A DNA stretch of 32,000 bases, taken from Mycolicibacterium smegmatis (lineage in GTDB: Bacteria; Actinomycetota; Actinomycetes; Mycobacteriales; Mycobacteriaceae). Shown here piece after piece: positions 27,147 to 32,000 of this stretch (its first letter is position 1; each line of letters opens with the position of its first letter). The DNA lies in NCBI RefSeq assembly GCF_001457595.1, contig NZ_LN831039.1, forward strand, positions 1,800,001 to 1,832,000. The letters run 5' to 3'. The position numbers and the translations under genes were made by a program. Under the pieces are notes generated by a model that saw only the letters and a program-made list of their open reading frames with translations, ran no database searches and was not told the DNA's origin.

Positions 27147-28016
27147 GTGAGCCTGGCAACGACGTGGTCGAAGGCGATGGGTATCGACGTCCCGATCGTC
27201 AACGCCCCCATGGGTGGTGCGGCGGGCGCCCGGTTGGCCGCCGCGGTGTCGGAAGCGGGCGGTCTCGGGATGGTCGGCATGGGCAGTTCGGCGACGCCTG
27301 AGCAGTTGCGCCGCGAACTCGCGGATCTCGCAAAACCGTCCCGGCCGTTCGGTATCGGGCTGGTGCACTGGGTGATGACCGAGCGGCCCGACCTCTTCGA
27401 CATCGCACTGGAGGCCAGGCCCGCGCTCTTGAGCGTGAGCTTCGGCGACGACTGGGCGTGGGTGCGTCGCGCACACGACGTGGGGGTGACCGTCGCGACC
27501 CAGGTCGCCACGGTCGGTGACGCGTTGCGGGCCGCCGAGGCCGGGGTCGACGTGCTCGTGGCCCGCGGCGCGGAGGCAGGCGGGCACGGCCGCCCGGCGC
27601 TGGGCACCCTGCCGCTCTTGACCCAGGTGCTCGACGCGGTGGAACTGCCCGTCCTGGCGGCGGGTGGAGTCGCCTCACCGCGGGGGCTGGCCGCGGTGCT
27701 GGCCGCGGGGGCGGCCGCTGCGTGGCTGGGCACGGTGTTCACCACGTGCGTCGAGGCGTCGACACCGGCGGCGGCCCGTGACCGACTGCTCGCGGCCAAC
27801 GGTGAGAACACCATGCTCACCAGCGAATTCGACATCCGGGCCGGATACCGTTGGCCCGCGGACGTCCCCGAGCGGGTCCTCACCGACGAAAACGGCGCCG
27901 CCACACCGGTGAACGCCGGGCAGGGGGTCGGCATGGTGAACCAGTCGCTGACCGTCGCCGAGACCATGTCGCGGTTGTGCTGGGGTGCCGAGGCGCTGCT
28001 GCGGCGCTGGTCTTGA
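27147..28016 (+). CDS. Nitronate monooxygenase (2-nitropropane dioxygenase, FMN-dependent NMO family)
   Basis: Part of ORF 27096..28016. Motifs: GIDVPIVNAPMGG, GGLGMVG, VDVLVARGAEAGGHG. The start is uncertain. GTG at 27147 gives a family-typical N-terminal length, and ATG at 27177 is the alternative. GTG at 27096 would overlap the riboswitch. Confidence 0.75.
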   Translation: MSLATTWSKAMGIDVPIVNAPMGGAAGARLAAAVSEAGGLGMVGMGSSATPEQLRRELADLAKPSRPFGIGLVHWVMTERPDLFDIALEARPALLSVSFGDDWAWVRRAHDVGVTVATQVATVGDALRAAEAGVDVLVARGAEAGGHGRPALGTLPLLTQVLDAVELPVLAAGGVASPRGLAAVLAAGAAAAWLGTVFTTCVEASTPAAARDRLLAANGENTMLTSEFDIRAGYRWPADVPERVLTDENGAATPVNAGQGVGMVNQSLTVAETMSRLCWGAEALLRRWS

Positions 28017-28018
28017 CC

Positions 28019-29230
28019 TCAGTGCTGCGGGCGCTGATTGAGTTGGCGCGCACCGAGAATCAGCATGAACACGATGATCGCGCCCACCACGGCCACGCCC
28101 ACCCGCACGGGCATGGCATCGGCGGGCGGTAGCACCGACGCGGCCTGCGCGGGTGAGGGCTCCTCGGCCTGCTTGGGCGCCAGCGACGGATCCGGGTCGA
28201 CGAGCGTGCCGACCTTGGTGCCGGGCGGCGTGGCGAAGCCGTAGTCGAGCAGGCGCGCGGCCTGCTCCCACGGCGCAATCGGCACGCGGGTTCCCTTGAG
28301 CAACACCGCGATGAGCCTGCGGCCGTCGCGTTCGGCGGCGCCGACGAACGTCTGCCCGGCGTCGTCGGTGTAACCGGTCTTGCCGCCCAGCGCACCCGGA
28401 TAGTTCGCCAGCAGCTTGTTGTCGTTCTCGATCGGGTACGAACCGCCGTCGCGCCCGGGGAACTGGTAGCTCTGGGTGTGGACGATGTCGGCGAACACCG
28501 GGTTCTGCCAGGCGTACCGGTAGAACAGCGCGATGTCGTAGGCCGACGTGCTCATGCCGGGCCCGTCGAGGCCCGACGGTGTGGCGGCCCTGGTGTCGCG
28601 GCCGCCGAGTTTGGCGGCCAGCGTGTTGAGCTTCTGCAGCGCGGGGTCCCACCCGCCGAGTTGCATGGCGAGTGCGTGCGCGGCGTCGTTGCCCGAGTAC
28701 ATGAGCAGGCCGTGCAGCAGATCGTTGATCGTGTACTGGCCGCCGGGGCCCACGCCGACACGGGTGCCCTCGGCGTTGGCGTCATCCTGCGTGCCCGCGA
28801 CGCGCTTGTTGAGGTTGAGTTCGTTCAGCGCCGCGGTGGCCGTGAGGACCTTGATGATGCTCGCGGGGCGGTGGCGTCCGTGCGGGTCGCGCGCGGCGAT
28901 GACGTCGCCGGTGTCCATGTCGGCGACGATCCACGCCTCGGCGGAGACGTCCTCGGGAACCGGCGGGGTGTTCGGTGCGGTGATCACGCCACACCCGGAC
29001 AGCGCCTCGCCGCCGATCGCCTTGGGCGGCACCGGTAGTGGGCCGGGGGCGGCCTCACCGGGCTTGGGTACCTCGGATGCGTCGACCGCGGGTGGCGTCG
29101 TCTCGCGGTATGGGCAGTCCACGCCGGGCTCGGCGCCGGCCACACCGGCGGTCATCAGGGGTGCGGTCAGCAACGCCAGTGCCCCGACCGCGGTCACCGC
29201 GCGTCGCGTCATCGTCCGGAAGGTCACCAT
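28019..29230 (-). CDS. dacB: D-alanyl-D-alanine carboxypeptidase (low-molecular-weight PBP, peptidase S11; Rv3330 DacB1-like)
   Basis: 403 aa. Signal peptide [25 protein letters not shown]. SxxK ([10 protein letters not shown]), SxN (YSGND) and KTG (GGKTGYT) motifs are present, with a C-terminal TM anchor ([18 protein letters not shown]). Confidence 0.9.
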   Translation of the reverse strand: MVTFRTMTRRAVTAVGALALLTAPLMTAGVAGAEPGVDCPYRETTPPAVDASEVPKPGEAAPGPLPVPPKAIGGEALSGCGVITAPNTPPVPEDVSAEAWIVADMDTGDVIAARDPHGRHRPASIIKVLTATAALNELNLNKRVAGTQDDANAEGTRVGVGPGGQYTINDLLHGLLMYSGNDAAHALAMQLGGWDPALQKLNTLAAKLGGRDTRAATPSGLDGPGMSTSAYDIALFYRYAWQNPVFADIVHTQSYQFPGRDGGSYPIENDNKLLANYPGALGGKTGYTDDAGQTFVGAAERDGRRLIAVLLKGTRVPIAPWEQAARLLDYGFATPPGTKVGTLVDPDPSLAPKQAEEPSPAQAASVLPPADAMPVRVGVAVVGAIIVFMLILGARQLNQRPQH

Positions 29231-29275
29231 CGTGACGGAAGGTTAAGCGAAATCCGCCCCGAAACCGCTGCGCCA

Positions 29276-29310
29276 CGCTGTGACAGTTGTGACTCGTGTG
29301 AATCTTGTGA
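29276..29310 (-). promoter_or_regulatory. Four phased 9-bp direct repeats (TCACA core) 46-80 nt upstream of the dacB start; candidate response-regulator (MtrA-box-like) site
   Basis: Plus strand has TGTGA at 29279, 29288, 29297 and 29306, exactly 9 bp apart. In the dacB sense it reads ATCACAaga TTCACAcga GTCACAact GTCACAgcg. Confidence 0.45.
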
Positions 29311-29323
29311 TTCCCCCGAAACG

Positions 29324-29382
29324 CCGAAACGGCATTCCGTCAGGGCGTTACTCGAACTTCTCCTGACGGCATGCCGTTTCGG
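29324..29382 (-). terminator. Long imperfect hairpin immediately downstream of the aminotransferase gene (candidate terminator without a U tract)
   Basis: CCGAAACGGCATTCCGTCAGG (29324-29344) and CCTGACGGCATGCCGTTTCGG (29362-29382) are complementary at 20 of 21 positions, with a 17-nt loop. The hairpin starts 9 nt after the stop at 29391. Confidence 0.45.
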
Positions 29383-29390
29383 CGGATGAT

Positions 29391-30776
29391 CTAGAGCCTG
29401 TTGCCGGCCTCGGTGAGGACGTTGTGCAGGATGTCGTAGATCGCGTCGAACTCGGCCTGACCGCTGATCAGCGGCGGCGCGAGCTGCACGACTGGGTCGC
29501 CACGGTCGTCGGCGCGGCAGTACAGACCGGCCTCCCACAGGGCGGGGGTGAGGAACCCGCGCAGCAGACGCTCGGACTCTTCGTCGTTGAACGTCTCCTT
29601 GGTGGTCTTGTCCTTCACCAGCTCGATGCCGTAGAAGAAGCCCTCACCGCGGACGTCACCGACGATCGGCAGGTCGTAGAGCTTCTCCAGCGTCGCGCGG
29701 AAGGCCGGAGCCATGGTCTTGACGTGGTCGTTGATGCCCTCACGCTCGAAGATGTCGAGGTTGGCCATCGCGACAGCGGCCGAAACCGGGTGCCCGCCAA
29801 AGGTGTAGCCGTGCCCGAACACGGTCTTGCCGTCGTTGAACGGCTCGAACAGCCGGTCGCTGGCGACCATCGCGCCCAGCGGCGAGTAGCCCGACGTCAG
29901 GCCCTTGGCGCTGGTGATGATGTCGGGAACGTAACCGAAGTCGTTGCACGCGAACATCGATCCGATCCGGCCGTAGGCACAGATCACCTCGTCGGAGACC
30001 AGCAGCACGTCGTACTCGTCGCAGATCTCGCGGACACGCTCGAAGTACCCGGGCGGCGGCGGGAAGCAGCCACCGGCGTTCTGCACGGGCTCGAGGAACA
30101 CCGCGGCGACGGTGTCGGGGCCCTCGAACTCGATGGCCTCGGCGATCCGGTCGGCGCAGTAGCGGCCGAAAGCCTTTTCGTCGTGGGCATATTCGGCAGG
30201 TGCACGGTAGAAGTTGGTGTTCGGTGCGCGGAACCCGCCGGGGGTCAGCGGCTCGAACGGCGCCTTGAAGGCCGGGATGCCGGTGATCGCCAGCGCACCC
30301 TGCGGCGTGCCGTGGTAGGCGATCGAGCGCGAGACGACCTTGTGCTTGCCGGGCTTGCCGGTCAGCTTGAAGTACTGCTTGGCCAGCTTCCACGCGCTCT
30401 CGACGGCCTCGCCGCCGCCGGTGGTGAAGAAGACGCGGTTGAGGTCGCCCGGTGCGAAACTCGCGACGCGCTCGGCCAGTTCGATGGCAGGCGGGGTGGC
30501 GTAGGACCACAGCGGGAAGAACGACAGCTTCTCGGCCTGCTTGGCGGCGGCCTCGGCGAGTTCCTTGCGGCCGTGGCCGACCTGGACGACGAACAGGCCG
30601 CTCAGGCCGTCGATGTAGCTCTTGCCGGAGTCGTCGAAGATCTTGACGCCCTCGCCGCGCGTGATGATCGGCGGGGTGATGCCGTCACCATGGCGGGCGA
30701 AGTGGCCCCACAGGTGCCGGTTCGCCTTGGCGCCGAGGTCCGTCGGCGCTGTTTGAGTGATATCTGCGGTTGTCAT
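29391..30776 (-). CDS. Class III (omega) pyridoxal-phosphate aminotransferase (Rv3329-like), 461 aa
   Basis: Part of ORF 29391..30788. ATG at 30776 (SD GGGGAA) overlaps the Lrp stop (ATGA). Motifs: GLSGLFVVQVGHGR, FFTTGGGEAVESAWK, LLVSDEVICAYGR, and PLP-lysine DIITSAKGLTSGY. Confidence 0.9.
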   Translation of the reverse strand: MTTADITQTAPTDLGAKANRHLWGHFARHGDGITPPIITRGEGVKIFDDSGKSYIDGLSGLFVVQVGHGRKELAEAAAKQAEKLSFFPLWSYATPPAIELAERVASFAPGDLNRVFFTTGGGEAVESAWKLAKQYFKLTGKPGKHKVVSRSIAYHGTPQGALAITGIPAFKAPFEPLTPGGFRAPNTNFYRAPAEYAHDEKAFGRYCADRIAEAIEFEGPDTVAAVFLEPVQNAGGCFPPPPGYFERVREICDEYDVLLVSDEVICAYGRIGSMFACNDFGYVPDIITSAKGLTSGYSPLGAMVASDRLFEPFNDGKTVFGHGYTFGGHPVSAAVAMANLDIFEREGINDHVKTMAPAFRATLEKLYDLPIVGDVRGEGFFYGIELVKDKTTKETFNDEESERLLRGFLTPALWEAGLYCRADDRGDPVVQLAPPLISGQAEFDAIYDILHNVLTEAGNRL

Positions 30777-31291
30777 CTGGTTCCCCAATTGTATTGCTGT
30801 TTAACAAGTTTCAAATAAACGAGGGTCTCGGTGGATATCACTCCCGGTAATGCGCGAATCTTGGTGTTGAGTAGTTCCAGCAGGCTATCGTCGTCCTCGC
30901 AGACAACCTCGACGATCGCGTCGAACGAGCCCGCGGTCAGCACCACGTAGTCGACGGATTCGATCTGGGCGAGTTTCTCGGCCAGCTTGGTGGTGTCGCC
31001 GGTGCAACGGATCCCGATCATCGCCTGACGCGCGAAGCCCAACTGCAACGGGTCGGTGACCGCGACGATCTGCATGACGCCGGCGTCGACCATGCGTTGC
31101 ACACGCTGTCGCACGGCGGCCTCGGACAGGCCGACGGCCTTGCCGATGCCGGCGTAGGACCGCCTGCCGTCGGCCTGCAGCTTCTCGATGATTGCCTTGG
31201 ACAATTCATCGAGCTGAAATGCACCGGGACGAGAATGGTTCACCCGTAGCGACGGCACGGGTGCCAGCTCGTGACCATCGGGGTTGGTCAT
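30773..31291 (-). CDS. Lrp/AsnC family transcriptional regulator
   Basis: Part of ORF 30773..31327 (whose first codon is TTG). ATG at 31291; GTG at 31243 is an alternative. HTH is LDELSKAIIEKLQADGRRSYAGIGKAVGLSEAAVRQRVQRM, followed by a C-terminal RAM/AsnC ligand domain. Confidence 0.85.
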   Translation of the reverse strand: MTNPDGHELAPVPSLRVNHSRPGAFQLDELSKAIIEKLQADGRRSYAGIGKAVGLSEAAVRQRVQRMVDAGVMQIVAVTDPLQLGFARQAMIGIRCTGDTTKLAEKLAQIESVDYVVLTAGSFDAIVEVVCEDDDSLLELLNTKIRALPGVISTETLVYLKLVKQQYNWGTR

Positions 31292-31368
31292 GCCACGATT
31301 GTGCACGGAATCCGTTGTTTGGGGCAACAGTATCGATGAAATCGCTCGTTTGAAGGCACCTCGACTGC

Positions 31369-31391
31369 GGGATTGCGTAGGGATTGCGTAG
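31369..31391. repeat. Perfect tandem duplication of an 11-bp unit (GGGATTGCGTA x2) in the lrp / aldehyde dehydrogenase divergent intergenic region
   Basis: Sequence ctgcGGGATTGCGTAGGGATTGCGTAGccg. The units are 31369-31379 and 31380-31390, plus a G at 31391. Confidence 0.85.
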
Positions 31392-31424
31392 CCGAACCGG
31401 GCTCCGATCGGTTAGCGTTGGCCC

Positions 31425-32000
31425 ATGAGTGTGGCAGTAAAAGTCGCGAGCAGTTGGATCAATGGTGCCTCGGTGGAGACCTCCGGGGAAACCCACCAGA
31501 TCATCGACCCGGCAACGGGCAAATCGGTCTCCGAGTACAACCTGGCCACCGCGGCCGACGTGGACACCGCCGTCGCCGCTGCACGCGCCGCATTTCCCGC
31601 GTGGGCGGGCGCAACCCCGGCCGAGCGTTCGGCCGTTCTGGCGAAGCTGGCCAAGCTGGCCGACGAGCACGCCGAGCAGTTCGTGGCCGAAGAGGTCAGC
31701 CAGACCGGCAAACCCGTCCGCCTGGCCACTGAGTTCGACGTACCCGGCAGCGTCGACAACATCGATTTCTTTGCCGGCGCGGCCCGGCACCTCGAAGGCA
31801 AGGCGACCGCCGAATACTCCGGTGACCACACGTCGAGCATCCGCCGCGAGGCCGTCGGTGTGGTCGCGACCATCACCCCGTGGAACTACCCGCTGCAGAT
31901 GGCCGTGTGGAAGGTGATCCCGGCACTGGCCGCGGGCTGCGCCGTGGTGATCAAACCCGCCGAGATCACGCCGCTGACCACACTGACCCTGGCCAGGCTG
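31425..32000 (+). CDS. NAD(P)-dependent aldehyde dehydrogenase, 5' part (runs off the window)
   Basis: Not in the ORF track because there is no stop before the window end. ATG at 31425 gives MSVAVKVASSWINGASVETSGETHQIIDPATGK...AAFPAWAG...QTGKP...ATITPWNYPLQMAVWKVIPALAAGCAVVIKPAEITPLT. This is the classical ALDH N-terminal half with the PWN(Y/F)P motif. Confidence 0.85.
   Translation, partial: MSVAVKVASSWINGASVETSGETHQIIDPATGKSVSEYNLATAADVDTAVAAARAAFPAWAGATPAERSAVLAKLAKLADEHAEQFVAEEVSQTGKPVRLATEFDVPGSVDNIDFFAGAARHLEGKATAEYSGDHTSSIRREAVGVVATITPWNYPLQMAVWKVIPALAAGCAVVIKPAEITPLTTLTLARL

Noticed and set aside
27038-27967. N-terminal 310 codons of ORF 26720..27967 (415 aa), and ORF 27675..28652
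   Set aside because: These are antisense or alternative frames of the nitronate monooxygenase and dacB genes and cross the guanidine-III riboswitch. Only the terminal 105 codons form an SMR protein.
29279-29310. TGTGA units as CRP/Crp binding sites
   Set aside because: The CRP consensus needs an inverted TCACA partner 6 nt away. Here all four units are in direct orientation at 9-bp spacing, so a CRP dimer site is not formed.
29424-30818. 464-aa plus-strand ORF
   Set aside because: It is antisense to the class III aminotransferase. The translation is Asp/Arg/Val/Gly/Leu-rich with no PLP or other motifs.

Overview
High-GC actinobacterial chromosomal segment. Gene order and several diagnostic genes point to Mycolicibacterium (Mycobacterium) smegmatis or a very close relative: a 386-aa erm(38)-type methyltransferase, the mfpA conservon, and a monomeric icd beside metY/metX. 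As far as I remember the map, the window is collinear with M. tuberculosis Rv3366 to Rv3329. I call 29 protein genes (two are cut by the window edges). In order: trmL; a five-gene conservon ending in the pentapeptide-repeat protein MfpA; an FHA-FHA-ABC exporter (Rv1747-like) divergent from a multi-TM beta-propeller protein; an OYE flavoenzyme plus a membrane protein; folD plus a DUF3017 protein; an erm(38)/tetR/FAD-monooxygenase cluster; the metY-metX-methyltransferase operon; icd; an alpha/beta hydrolase; xthA-trpS-yihY; an SMR (Gdx/SugE) exporter; nitronate monooxygenase; dacB; and an Lrp/aminotransferase/aldehyde dehydrogenase module. Two cis-regulatory RNAs absent from the ORF track can be read directly from the sequence: a SAM-IV riboswitch upstream of metY and a guanidine-III riboswitch upstream of the SMR gene. 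I found no rRNA, tRNA, CRISPR array, IS element or prophage signature. The observations most worth a second look are regulatory. (1) A WhiB7-type promoter feeds a leaderless 19-codon uORF with an Arg-Pro-Arg arrest-type motif in front of erm(38). (2) About 126 codons of the erm(38) C-terminus are encoded antisense to two other genes. (3) A 190-nt spacer with SD-preceded mini-ORFs, one Cys-rich, lies between the SAM-IV aptamer and metY. (4) Four phased 9-bp TGTGA/TCACA repeats lie upstream of dacB. (5) A 20-codon uORF is stop/start-coupled to the conservon kinase. (6) An uncharacterised TetR-controlled flavin monooxygenase sits beside erm(38). All product calls rest on motif recognition by eye and remembered homologies; no database search was possible. 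Many start codons are uncertain by a few codons.
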